The notes beneath the pieces were generated by a model that ran no database searches, had not been told where the DNA came from, and saw nothing but the letters and a program-made list of their open reading frames with translations. The position numbers and the translations under genes were made by a program. Of a stretch of DNA of 64,000 nucleotides, positions 40,588 to 49,725 are shown one piece after another. Every line of letters begins with the position of its first letter. Positions within the stretch are counted from its first letter, which is position 1. Origin of the DNA: Promethearchaeota archaeon (GTDB lineage Archaea > Asgardarchaeota > Thorarchaeia > Thorarchaeales > Thorarchaeaceae); NCBI GenBank assembly GCA_014728035.1, contig WJMJ01000148.1, positions 64,001 to 128,000 of the forward strand, given 5' to 3'.

Positions 40588-41049
40588 ATATATTTACTGA
40601 AGAATACACATAGTGAAATCACCTTGACTGAACAGAACGATGGTATTCTCAACCTCTTTACTCGGGTAGTGCTTAATCTCACAAGAATAATTGAGACGTT
40701 TGAATTTGATGGAAATAAATTAGGGAACACTGTGTTTCTTATTGACTATCTTCATCACAATCAGAATTGTAGCATGACCGATATATCTCAAGAAATCATC
40801 CTTACGCCAAGTACAGTAACACGCCAAATTGATAAATTGGTTGATTGGAAATTAGCAAGTCGTAAAGTATCAAAGGAAGACAGACGGAAAGTAGTTGTCA
40901 AACTCACCAGGAAAGGAGAGCAAGCTTACAAGAAATTTTATGATCTCCGGATGGGAAACATCAGTAAGATCCTTGAAAATATGACTAAGAAAGAAGTAAG
41001 GATTCTTGAAAAGCTCCTAGAACAGATTGTTTCTCAATATGAATCATAA
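40582..41049 (+). CDS. MarR-family regulator
   Basis: SMTDIS...TPSTVTRQIDKLV...EDRRKVVVKLTRKG; the start may be TTG 40624. Confidence 0.9.
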   Translation: MQIYLLKNTHSEITLTEQNDGILNLFTRVVLNLTRIIETFEFDGNKLGNTVFLIDYLHHNQNCSMTDISQEIILTPSTVTRQIDKLVDWKLASRKVSKEDRRKVVVKLTRKGEQAYKKFYDLRMGNISKILENMTKKEVRILEKLLEQIVSQYES

Positions 41050-41153
41050 ATGCAACATACACAACAAGGTAAATAAAAGGAAAGAAAAAAAGAAGTTATA
41101 CTGAGAGAAGTGGTAATCACCGCCTGTGTGGTGAGTTCTACGGGCCGGTAGAA

Positions 41154-41354
41154 TTATGCCTCTTCTTTCACCTTTTCAAAGCCAGCAATCTCATCATCAA
41201 TATGTTTGATGTAGTCTTCGAGACAGCTCTTCAATGCTTCTAGGCGTTTAATTTTAGTTGCTTTGCTAGCACCAAAAGGATGGCCGCATTCATCATGGCA
41301 ACATTCACCAAAATGCATGGGAAATACCATTCTTCTGTATCTATGTCCTCTCAT
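41154..41354 (-). CDS. Small His/Cys-containing protein with C-terminal coiled coil
   Basis: Coupled to the padR stop (ATGA overlap); HFGECCHDECGH then RLEALKSCLEDYIKHIDDEI. Confidence 0.6.
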   Translation of the reverse strand: MRGHRYRRMVFPMHFGECCHDECGHPFGASKATKIKRLEALKSCLEDYIKHIDDEIAGFEKVKEEA

Positions 41355-41932
41355 TCCGTTTTTTCACCTCCGTGTGCTTTATCAGAATTCTTGAGTTCTT
41401 TCAATTGTTTATTCACCCAAGCAAGTTCCTTCTGGAGAAAACGTTTGTATGATCTCAATCTCACAAGATTTGAACCATGACAGGACGGATCTTCACAGCA
41501 TTGTCTAATGCTCATGAAAACAAGAGGACTTCTCTCATGAAGAGAAGTCTTGTAGAATTCATCAGACCTGTCCTGACCAACACTCTCCAGTACTAAGTTG
41601 AGTATCTTCCCCATATGCTGCATACGATAGCTGAAAGAATCAATTGCCTCATTGAGAACTTCTTGTCCCTTATCGGTTAGCTCATACTCTGTAGTATCAG
41701 GCTTTCCTTCTTGGGGGACTTTCCTTCCTTTGATGAGACCTTTCTCTTCCATTCGATGCAATGCAGGGTAGAGCGTTCCACTCTTTATTCTGGTCTCTCC
41801 TAGCCTTCTCCCAAGTTTTTGTAGGATGGTATATCCATGCACAGGCTTGTCCTTGAGAATAGCAAGTATTAACAGAGATACCCAACTGATACCTCGCTTC
41901 GAATGCCTGCTTTTGACACGGGGACCGGACAT
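41351..41932 (-). CDS. PadR-family regulator
   Basis: LLILAIL..KPVHGY.I...SGTLYPALHRMEEKGLI...YELTDKG. Confidence 0.92.
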   Translation of the reverse strand: MSGPRVKSRHSKRGISWVSLLILAILKDKPVHGYTILQKLGRRLGETRIKSGTLYPALHRMEEKGLIKGRKVPQEGKPDTTEYELTDKGQEVLNEAIDSFSYRMQHMGKILNLVLESVGQDRSDEFYKTSLHERSPLVFMSIRQCCEDPSCHGSNLVRLRSYKRFLQKELAWVNKQLKELKNSDKAHGGEKTE

Positions 41933-41933
41933 T

Positions 41934-42010
41934 ATGTAGACCTCTACTTATGTTGAACTCTACATAAGTCGAAGCTCAAAGATATATAAAGGTTATGTAG
42001 TGTTCTACAT
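41934..42010. promoter_or_regulatory. PadR-type operators ATGT-N8-ACAT
   Basis: Sites at 41950-65 and 41995-42010, plus an imperfect one at 41934-49, around a TATA box near 41982. Confidence 0.6.
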
Positions 42011-42108
42011 ATCTCCCGTTATGCATAATGATACATATCGATATGAATAAGTTGAGCATATCGGTTATAAGGATATTCACCCATTGTTTTTACATAGAAT
42101 TGGAGATA

Positions 42109-43905
42109 ATGACGATGGCCAAGATATTAAGAATCGATATGTCAAGCCTTGAACACAAATGGGAAGACATACCATCAAAATACGAGACCTACGCTGGTAG
42201 AGCACTAACTTCAGCGATAGTACATGACGAAGTAGAACCAACCTGTCATCCTCTTCGAGCTGGCAACAAACTTGTAGTCTCTCCGGGATTATTGGCTGGC
42301 ACATTAGCACCATCCTCTGGCAGACTCAGTTTCGGAGCTAAATCGCCTTTGACAGGTGGAATCAAAGAAGCTAATGCAGGTGGTCTAACTGGAACCAGAC
42401 TAGCAAGGATTGGAGTTCGAGGAATAGTACTTGAGGGAATTCCTGATACCAAAGATGATTGGTACAGCATAGTAGTTGGAAAGGATAAATGTGAGATCAA
42501 AAAGACTAACGAATATGCTGGAATTGGAGCATATGAACTAATCGGAAAGATATGGAAAGAGTACGATTCCAAGCCTGGAATAGTAGGTTGTGGAATAACA
42601 GGTCAAAAATTATTGATGGGTTCAGGAATTTTTGGAAACAATATTGAGAACAGCGATCCTGGAAGATATGCAGGACGTGGTGGACTCGGAGCTGTACTAG
42701 GTTCTAAGAGAGTTGTAGCTATTATTTCTGATGACACTGACGGAGAACGACCTGAGCCAAAAGACGAAGAGAAGTTTTCTGAAGGTAGAAAAGCAATGGT
42801 CAAGGCACTAAATGAACATCCTGTCACTGGAAAATTGAAGGATGATGAAGGTAATGCCTTTGGTGCATTAAAGAACTACGGAACCAATGTATTGATGAAT
42901 ATCCTGAATGAAGGTGGAGGTCTCCCAGCATTTGGTTTTAGTAGAGGTAGATCTGATGTCGCTGCAAAAATTTCTGGTGAAGCAGTTCACGAACTTGTTG
43001 ATAAGGTCAAAGAAAAGTTCGGAGACAAAACACCAGCAACATATGGACATCCTTGTCATCCAGGATGTATAATGGCTTGTTCAAATGTTGTACCATATGA
43101 AGATACAGGAAAGTTGCAGGTTAGCCCATTAGAATACGAATCTGCATGGGCTCTTGGTACAAACTTGGGTATCGATTCATTACATGATGTAGCTGAACTT
43201 AACAGGCTCTGTAATGACCTCGGTCTTGATACCATAGAAACTGGCAATGCTATTGCAATGCTAATGGAAGGAGGCGTTATCGAATATGGTGATGGAAAAG
43301 GCGCAATCAAAGCACTTGAGAAAGCTTACGGGGACGATACTCTTCTTGGTAAATTAGTAAGCTCAGGAGCTCAGACTGTCGGTCAGACTCTCGGAGTCAC
43401 AAGAATTCCAGTAGTCAAAGGACAAGCACTTCCAGCTTATGATCCTAGACCTATCAGAGGAATTGGAGTAACCTACGCTACCTCAACAATGGGTGCGGAT
43501 CATACTGCAGGTTACACCATTGCTGCTGAAATTCTCGGAATTAAAGGTGATGTTTCTGATCCGCGAGGCCTCAAGAAAGCAGATCTGTCCAGAACATTCC
43601 AAGCGACTACTGCATATATTGATTCTAGTGGCTACTGCCTGTTTATCGCATTCGCAATTCTAGATGACGATGATGGATTCCAAGGCATGGTAGACACGGT
43701 AAATGCATACTTGGGTAAAGATATCGACGTGACCCAATATGGTCTTGAAACACTCAAGAAGGAACGATCATTCAACAAAGGTGCAGGGTTCAGCAAAGAG
43801 GATGACCGACTACCAGAATTCTTCAAGAAAGAACCATTGCCACCTCATAATGTCACTTTCGATGTGAGCGAAGAAGAGCTAGACAAAGTATACGAAGGAA
43901 TGTAA
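42109..43905 (+). CDS. aor: Tungsten aldehyde:ferredoxin oxidoreductase family enzyme
   Basis: KSPLTGGIKE.NAGG, AGRGGLGAV.GSK, CHPGCIMAC, EYE, CNDLGLDTIE, YDPR, GADH, DDRLP. Confidence 0.95.
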   Translation: MTMAKILRIDMSSLEHKWEDIPSKYETYAGRALTSAIVHDEVEPTCHPLRAGNKLVVSPGLLAGTLAPSSGRLSFGAKSPLTGGIKEANAGGLTGTRLARIGVRGIVLEGIPDTKDDWYSIVVGKDKCEIKKTNEYAGIGAYELIGKIWKEYDSKPGIVGCGITGQKLLMGSGIFGNNIENSDPGRYAGRGGLGAVLGSKRVVAIISDDTDGERPEPKDEEKFSEGRKAMVKALNEHPVTGKLKDDEGNAFGALKNYGTNVLMNILNEGGGLPAFGFSRGRSDVAAKISGEAVHELVDKVKEKFGDKTPATYGHPCHPGCIMACSNVVPYEDTGKLQVSPLEYESAWALGTNLGIDSLHDVAELNRLCNDLGLDTIETGNAIAMLMEGGVIEYGDGKGAIKALEKAYGDDTLLGKLVSSGAQTVGQTLGVTRIPVVKGQALPAYDPRPIRGIGVTYATSTMGADHTAGYTIAAEILGIKGDVSDPRGLKKADLSRTFQATTAYIDSSGYCLFIAFAILDDDDGFQGMVDTVNAYLGKDIDVTQYGLETLKKERSFNKGAGFSKEDDRLPEFFKKEPLPPHNVTFDVSEEELDKVYEGM

Positions 43906-43914
43906 TGTTCCAGT

Positions 43915-43937
43915 TGGAGTGGGATTTTCCCATTCCA
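43915..43937 (+). terminator. Hairpin + T-tract terminator
   Basis: TGGAGTGGGA-ttt-TCCCATTCCA then TCTTCTTTTTG. Confidence 0.55.
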
Positions 43938-43981
43938 TCTTCTTTTTGTTATAACAATCCAATATAATGATGTGATAAAAA

Positions 43982-44290
43982 ATGCTCAACATCTATCTTT
44001 ACGGTTGTCTGAGAAAATTAGTGGATAATAGTAGAGTCACTGAAGACACTAAGATGGAGCTAGAACACATTGAAGGAGAAACCTTCATTCAACTTATTCA
44101 TAGAATCGGTCTTGAAAAGAAAGATTTGGGTGACTGTTTCAGAAATGGCAATTTAGTCAAGGACGATGAAGTTTTGGATGATGGAGACCGCATTGGACTA
44201 TTTCCATTTAATATGGTACTACTTTGTGGTGGACAACATTTGAAGGGGCATGGATACACTCAATCAGAAAAAGACGTGGACTATTATTGA
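43982..44290 (+). CDS. MoaD/ThiS-like beta-grasp protein with C-terminal extension
   Basis: IYLYGCLR...F.NG...LDDGDRIGLFP; internal CGG followed by 18 extra residues. Confidence 0.75.
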   Translation: MLNIYLYGCLRKLVDNSRVTEDTKMELEHIEGETFIQLIHRIGLEKKDLGDCFRNGNLVKDDEVLDDGDRIGLFPFNMVLLCGGQHLKGHGYTQSEKDVDYY

Positions 44291-44293
44291 GGA

Positions 44294-44542
44294 GTGAAAA
44301 TGAAAGTTCAAGTTAAATTGTATGCAACCCTTCGGGACTATGCTCCTAGAAAATGTGGTATTGGAGAGGCATTCCTCTTTGAGGTTAAAGATAATACAGT
44401 TCGAGCAATATTGGAAAAATTATCAATTCCAGAAGAGTATGCAAGAATAGTAATGGTAAACGGTAGCAGGATATCAGATTATTCTTACAAACTTGATGAA
44501 AATGATCTTGTAGTTATTTTTCCGCCAATAGGTGGAGGATAA
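44294..44542 (+). CDS. MoaD/SAMP ubiquitin-like sulfur carrier
   Basis: VKLYATLR...VNG...LDEND.V.IFPPIGGG C-terminus. Confidence 0.92.
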   Translation: MKMKVQVKLYATLRDYAPRKCGIGEAFLFEVKDNTVRAILEKLSIPEEYARIVMVNGSRISDYSYKLDENDLVVIFPPIGGG

Positions 44543-45045
44543 TTGAAAATTACTACATATGATTCATTTGCATAATCCTTTTCGCCATACTTTCTGATTT
44601 CTGTATGGGATTATGATGTTTAGTCTTCTCTACGTTGTACCGAAACAAATTACATTAGTTAATTTGAAAATTGTTTCTTTAAACCTCATAATCCCTTTAT
44701 CAGGAATTGGCTTCATGTTGTTAATCCTAATGGTGATTCTCATTCTAATGGATAGAACAACTAGAGTGACTATAACCCATCCATATATCCTGCTGAATCA
44801 GTCTAAAGAAATTGAGGATATTAAACATAATAGCGAGAAGAAGAGTATTTGAATCATGAATACACCTCAGCTAATCAAGGTGACCGACCGAATCATTTCT
44901 TCTTCTTTTGAAACCTCTTTTAGCACTCGACTCATATATTCGAATAAATCGTCTATGGACTCTCCCCACATTGATAATTTAATACCTAAACTATCACCTA
45001 CAATATCTTCAACCATCTTATCTAAGGTTTCACTATCATCAGAAT

Positions 45046-45234
45046 ACCGTTCATTTTTAGTTGGGCAAACTTGGACACCCGAGCGTTGTCCGTCCAGAAA
45101 CGGTACTGGAACTGGCTCGGTCCTTTTCAGGGAATGTGTGTCTGGTGACCAGACCTTCATCCTGTATCATCCCATATAACCTCCTATCAGTTCCTGTCCT
45201 ACAATGTCCAAGTTTCCAGTAGCTGACTGCAACC
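45046..45234 (-). mobile_element. 186-bp element, copy D
   Basis: ACC at 45046-48 and 45232-34; ungapped alignment to copies A and C. Confidence 0.9.
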
Positions 45235-45268
45235 CATCACTTACTCTTTATTTGTGGCTCTAGGCGAG

Positions 45269-46768
45269 CTAATCAAGACCATATAGGTCTCCGATTTTTG
45301 TTAGATAAGTTACGAGCTCATCAGATGATATGCTTCTGGGTCGTTCCCCCTCAGCTGAACCGACTTTCTCATACATCGTTCTAGCTTTCACAAAAGATTG
45401 ATATCTGGTAAGAAATTTGTTCGCTCTTACAGCAATTGGAATGAATCCTTTTTTCTTGGATAAGGATACTACTCTCTCTAAGCGAGATTCTGTGCGGTTA
45501 GTATTTCCCTTAACCCAATCAGATAGAATATTGATAATCATACCCTCTAGTTGCCAATCGCTTCTGTCAGATTCTTCAAGCATTTTAGCAAGTCTATCAA
45601 TTCCAGTCTGTATTCTTTGTAGGAGTATTTCTTCTTCTGTGACTTGATATACCTTAAGATACTGTTCTAGGAGAAAAACTAGAGCTGGATACAATTCGTC
45701 TAATCTCTCGTCACTTCTACGTACTATTTCATCGTATAAACGTTCCAAACTCTCATTCTTTCCATCACCTGTTTTTGATTTCACATTAAGAATGAGAAGT
45801 TGAAATGGAATTGGCGATTCTGTCTTAGAATGAAATTCAAAGGCTTGATGCAGTATCTCAGAAGCTTTTTCAATTTGGTCCAAATATAGATAAGCTTCAG
45901 CTAGTACCGATAATGTTTCAACATATTCATATCCAAATAGTTCTGCTTCTTCATGAACTCTCTTGGATTCTAATGCGGTTTCTAACATAGATTCGTAATC
46001 AAGCAAGTTCTGTTCAACGAAGCTCTTCACAACCAAGGCCCAAGCTAATAGGTCCATCATCTGTTTTTCTCTAGCAATATCAGCAACCTGCTTTGCTTCA
46101 ACCAGAGCCTCGTCATACCGTCCCATTGCATTTAGTGAATCAGCCATTGAATTCTGAATCCACAGCATTCCTCGGATATGTCCACCTTCAGAAAACAATT
46201 TTCTCGCTTTTTCATAATATGCTATGGTTTCAGAGTTGTTTCCCTTTGCCTTGTAATAATTTCCTGTGTTTGTTAGTGCTTTTGCTCTTAGAAGCGGAGC
46301 TTCTACCTCTGTATGCGTATCAATTACTGATTGATAGCAATCCAATGCTTTGTCTAGATCATCAAGAGCAAAATAACAATTACCCATAAGCAAATGTAAC
46401 TGTAACCAGATTAAATGGTAGTCCCCTTTTTCCGCCAATGAACTTGTTTTCTTAGCCATTTCTAAAGCTGCGTTGCTCTTTCCAGTAGCTATCAATGTTT
46501 GTATCACTAATTCGTTAAAACGGAGATTGATTTCGATATCTTTTATTTTCTTAACCTGAGATCTCAACTGTTCCAAATCGTTTTGGATATATGTCATATC
46601 ACCGCTCAATATCCGACTGCGAGCTAATTCAATCCTAGTAGCGATCCCAATTTTATCTTCGGAAGGATGTTGTTTAGTTAGGCATTCAAGCATCGGAATA
46701 CATTGGGTGTATTCACCAATTTCCTCGAAGTATCGAGCTTTTTCTAATTCTTCTATTGGCGTACTCAT
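45269..46768 (-). CDS. Tetratricopeptide-repeat protein
   Basis: MGNCYF..DDLDKALDCYQ, TGNYYK.KG...IAYYEKA, MGRYDEAL TPR patterns. Confidence 0.85.
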   Translation of the reverse strand: MSTPIEELEKARYFEEIGEYTQCIPMLECLTKQHPSEDKIGIATRIELARSRILSGDMTYIQNDLEQLRSQVKKIKDIEINLRFNELVIQTLIATGKSNAALEMAKKTSSLAEKGDYHLIWLQLHLLMGNCYFALDDLDKALDCYQSVIDTHTEVEAPLLRAKALTNTGNYYKAKGNNSETIAYYEKARKLFSEGGHIRGMLWIQNSMADSLNAMGRYDEALVEAKQVADIAREKQMMDLLAWALVVKSFVEQNLLDYESMLETALESKRVHEEAELFGYEYVETLSVLAEAYLYLDQIEKASEILHQAFEFHSKTESPIPFQLLILNVKSKTGDGKNESLERLYDEIVRRSDERLDELYPALVFLLEQYLKVYQVTEEEILLQRIQTGIDRLAKMLEESDRSDWQLEGMIINILSDWVKGNTNRTESRLERVVSLSKKKGFIPIAVRANKFLTRYQSFVKARTMYEKVGSAEGERPRSISSDELVTYLTKIGDLYGLD

Positions 46769-46886
46769 CTGGAAAGCACCACACAGACTTTGTAATACTC
46801 AATGTAATAGTAATTGAAAAACTCTTTGAGAAAATACATATGAATCCAACTATAATTTTCACAACACATTCGAGGACTGATTAATA

Positions 46887-47336
46887 ATGAAGCGAAAAAT
46901 TGGTAAAATAGCTGTAGATCATTTCACATCTGAATATAATTGTGCTCAATCTGTATTAATGGCAATTCTGAAGAATGAAGAGAAGATGTTTAAAGAGGCC
47001 ATAAACATAGCTGCAGGATTTGGAGCGGGGATGGGATATCAATGTTCAAACTGCGGAGCTCTTTCTGGAGGTGTAATGGCAGCAGGAATCTTATGTGGAG
47101 AAAAAGGTCTATCAGTAAGAGAACATGCAAGATTGACATACCAAATGACCTCAGAATTATTTGATAAGTTCGAAGCAGAGTTTGGTACAAGAATTTGTGA
47201 TGAACTCATAGGAATAGATATGCACAATCCAGAGGAATTACAGCGTGCGCGTGACGAAAATATCTTCTATACAAAATGTATTACTTTCATTGAGAAAGTT
47301 GTAGAATTTGTTCTAGAACTAAATGAAGCCATATGA
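46887..47336 (+). CDS. C_GCAxxG_C_C family putative redox protein
   Basis: YNCAQSV, GFGAGM, CGALSGG, FG..IC..L, KC. Confidence 0.88.
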   Translation: MKRKIGKIAVDHFTSEYNCAQSVLMAILKNEEKMFKEAINIAAGFGAGMGYQCSNCGALSGGVMAAGILCGEKGLSVREHARLTYQMTSELFDKFEAEFGTRICDELIGIDMHNPEELQRARDENIFYTKCITFIEKVVEFVLELNEAI

Positions 47337-47411
47337 CTGATTAATCCGTATTTCCGTGCTCTAATACATGACCTTATCTTGGTGTATAGTGAATAATATT
47401 TTGGTATCAAA

Positions 47412-48038
47412 ATGGACGTTTTTTCACTACCATCACCAAAATTCCAAGGTAAAATGTCACTTGAAGAAACCATGAAAAGAAGACGTACTCACCGTTCACT
47501 AACTAACCAGGATATTTCTGAAGATGATTTATCTCAACTTCTTTGGGCTACATACGGAATCAATGATACTCGAGACACTCTGGAAGAAGATGAATTCTAT
47601 CACAGAACAGTCCCATCATCAGGTCACTCGTTTCCAACTATAGTATACGTCGTCATGAAACAAGGTCTTTTCAGATATGAGGCTGAAAATCATGAATTGG
47701 TATTAGTCAAAGACACAGATTTCCGAGGTGAGCTCCCCAACGAAGGAATGTGGGAACCAAATAGATTGGCTATTCAAACTGCTCCATTAACAATTATTCT
47801 TGCTAGTGATAATGAGATAGCCTCCGAATTATCTCCCTTTCTTGAAGATGTTTTAAAATACCAGTTTATTGAAATTGGACACTGTGCACAGAACCTTATG
47901 CTCCAAGCTACTAGTCTTGGGTTAGGTCTCACCACTATGACTAGTTTTGATCGTATTCACATCTACAGAACTTTGAAGATACCTCTGAAACATAGACCTG
48001 TGTATGTCATTCCCGTAGGTCATCCAACAAAGGAATGA
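47412..48038 (+). CDS. Nitroreductase-family (SagB/ThcOx-like) protein
   Basis: SLEETMKRRRTHR, LSQLLWA, RTVPSSG, EIGHCAQNLMLQATSLGLG. Confidence 0.9.
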   Translation: MDVFSLPSPKFQGKMSLEETMKRRRTHRSLTNQDISEDDLSQLLWATYGINDTRDTLEEDEFYHRTVPSSGHSFPTIVYVVMKQGLFRYEAENHELVLVKDTDFRGELPNEGMWEPNRLAIQTAPLTIILASDNEIASELSPFLEDVLKYQFIEIGHCAQNLMLQATSLGLGLTTMTSFDRIHIYRTLKIPLKHRPVYVIPVGHPTKE

Positions 48039-48133
48039 TAGTAAAGAGTTTACTCTTTGCCAATATAATATCCTAGATTTTCTAGAATTGCCACCATATA
48101 ATTCGCTTTGTTAGAAATATCAGAGTGCTAAAA

Positions 48134-48580
48134 TCATAGAAGTTGAGAAATCACACTGTCATATTGGTTATAGGGTCTTAGACCAGGTAACTGTCCTGCA
48201 GGTTTTCCATCTTTGAAAACAATGACCATTGGAACTGATTGCACACCAAATTGACCTGTAACACGTGGATTCCTATCAATGTCGATCTTTGCAATAACAG
48301 CTTTCCCTTTGAATTCCTCCGCTAACTCCTGAATAATTGGTGCAAGCATCTTACATGGTTGACACCATTCTCCGTAGAAATCCACCAATGCAACTTTTGT
48401 CTGTTGGATAGTCTGCCAGAAGTTTCCATCATTCAATTGAATTGGATATCCTTTGGAAAGAGGTTCGCGTACCTCTGGTTTAGGCTCCTTTGCTTTCTTT
48501 GCTCGTTCCATTAATAGTTCCATTTTTCTCCTTCTTATTGCTTCAAGTTCATCATCACTCAACAAGTAGCCAGCCTCCAT
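48134..48580 (-). CDS. trxA: Thioredoxin with archaeal N-terminal helix
   Basis: VDFYGEWCQPC, SVP, FKDGK; N-terminal DDELEAIRRRK. Confidence 0.92.
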   Translation of the reverse strand: MEAGYLLSDDELEAIRRRKMELLMERAKKAKEPKPEVREPLSKGYPIQLNDGNFWQTIQQTKVALVDFYGEWCQPCKMLAPIIQELAEEFKGKAVIAKIDIDRNPRVTGQFGVQSVPMVIVFKDGKPAGQLPGLRPYNQYDSVISQLL

Positions 48581-48717
48581 AATTTCGTATGTGTGTTTAC
48601 AATGCACATTCGTATTGAATCCGTATTAAATTATTCGCTTTGTGAATTTGAACAATTGCCTTCATACATCCAATTAATAACTGGATAAATCACCCCGAGA
48701 ATGATGGAGGACCTTCA

Positions 48718-49665
48718 GTGACTCATGAAAACCTCAAGCATTACATTCTTCTGGTAGGTGCGATGTTCTTTTGGGGTGGAAGCTGGGTTTCAGCAAAGAT
48801 TCTCGTAAGTATAGCACCAGCAATGACCATTGGCTTCTTCAGATTTCTTATTGGAAGTGCCTTCTTCATCGGATTTCTCACAGCAACTGGAAGTTTCAAG
48901 AATGTGTTCAAGAGGTCAAATCTGAAGTGGATCTTTCTTGCAGGGCTGACTGGTGTATTTGGCTATGGAGTCTTCTTCCTGATTGGTATGCAATTCACTA
49001 CAGCTGCACAAGGATCAATTATTGCAGGCACAAACCCTGCAACAGTTAGTATTTTTGCGCACATCATTCATAAAGAACGATTAGACGATAGATGGAGATA
49101 TGTTGGATTTCTCTTAGCGTATCTGGGAATAGTCTTTGTTATAGGAATACAGTCTCTATTAGATTTTCATCTCGAATACCTTATTGGAAATCTGATCATT
49201 GTCTGTGCAATGATGGTATGGGGCCTCTATTCTTCAATTGGTAAGAAAGCAATGGAAAACATGTCCTCAGCTGAAGCTACAGGAGGAGGAATAATGATTG
49301 GATGTGCCATGTTTGGAATAGGAGCTTTCTTCGAGGGATTCTGGACGCTTCCTGCTATTGTATCAATTGATTTCTGGTGGAATATCCTCTTCTTAGGTGG
49401 TGCGGTTACGTTTCTTGGATTCTTCTTCTACTTTGACGCTATCAAGAGCATTGGGGCGACTCGAAGTGCAATCTTCATCAATCTAGTTCCGGTCTTTGGA
49501 ACTCTACTCTCGGTTCTCATTCTTGGAGAGATTATTTACTGGACATTTATCGTTGGACTAATATTGGTGTCTATCGGAATTGTCACTATTAATTTTCCAA
49601 GTAAGAAGAGTGATATCAGAAAACCTACCACTTACGATGAATCTATGCTCGTTACGGAAGAATGA
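48718..49665 (+). CDS. EamA/DMT-family transporter
   Basis: FWGGSW...FRF, IGATRSAIFINLVPVF...LILGE; about 10 TM. Confidence 0.92.
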   Translation: MTHENLKHYILLVGAMFFWGGSWVSAKILVSIAPAMTIGFFRFLIGSAFFIGFLTATGSFKNVFKRSNLKWIFLAGLTGVFGYGVFFLIGMQFTTAAQGSIIAGTNPATVSIFAHIIHKERLDDRWRYVGFLLAYLGIVFVIGIQSLLDFHLEYLIGNLIIVCAMMVWGLYSSIGKKAMENMSSAEATGGGIMIGCAMFGIGAFFEGFWTLPAIVSIDFWWNILFLGGAVTFLGFFFYFDAIKSIGATRSAIFINLVPVFGTLLSVLILGEIIYWTFIVGLILVSIGIVTINFPSKKSDIRKPTTYDESMLVTEE

Positions 49666-49725
49666 TAATGAAATTAGTATTCAAAATATTAGAGAGAGGA
49701 CAAAAACAATACAGGTGTCAAAAGA

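Noticed and set aside
44613-44852. 79-aa hydrophobic ORF
   Set aside because: AT-rich, no motif; not enough support to call as a gene
3380-45234. 186-bp repeats as a CRISPR array
   Set aside because: Copies are dispersed, long and have no repeat-spacer periodicity; no cas genes
46887-48607. Selenoprotein or SECIS signals in redox genes
   Set aside because: Thioredoxin and C_GCAxxG_C_C proteins have ordinary Cys codons; no in-frame TGA read-through candidate seen
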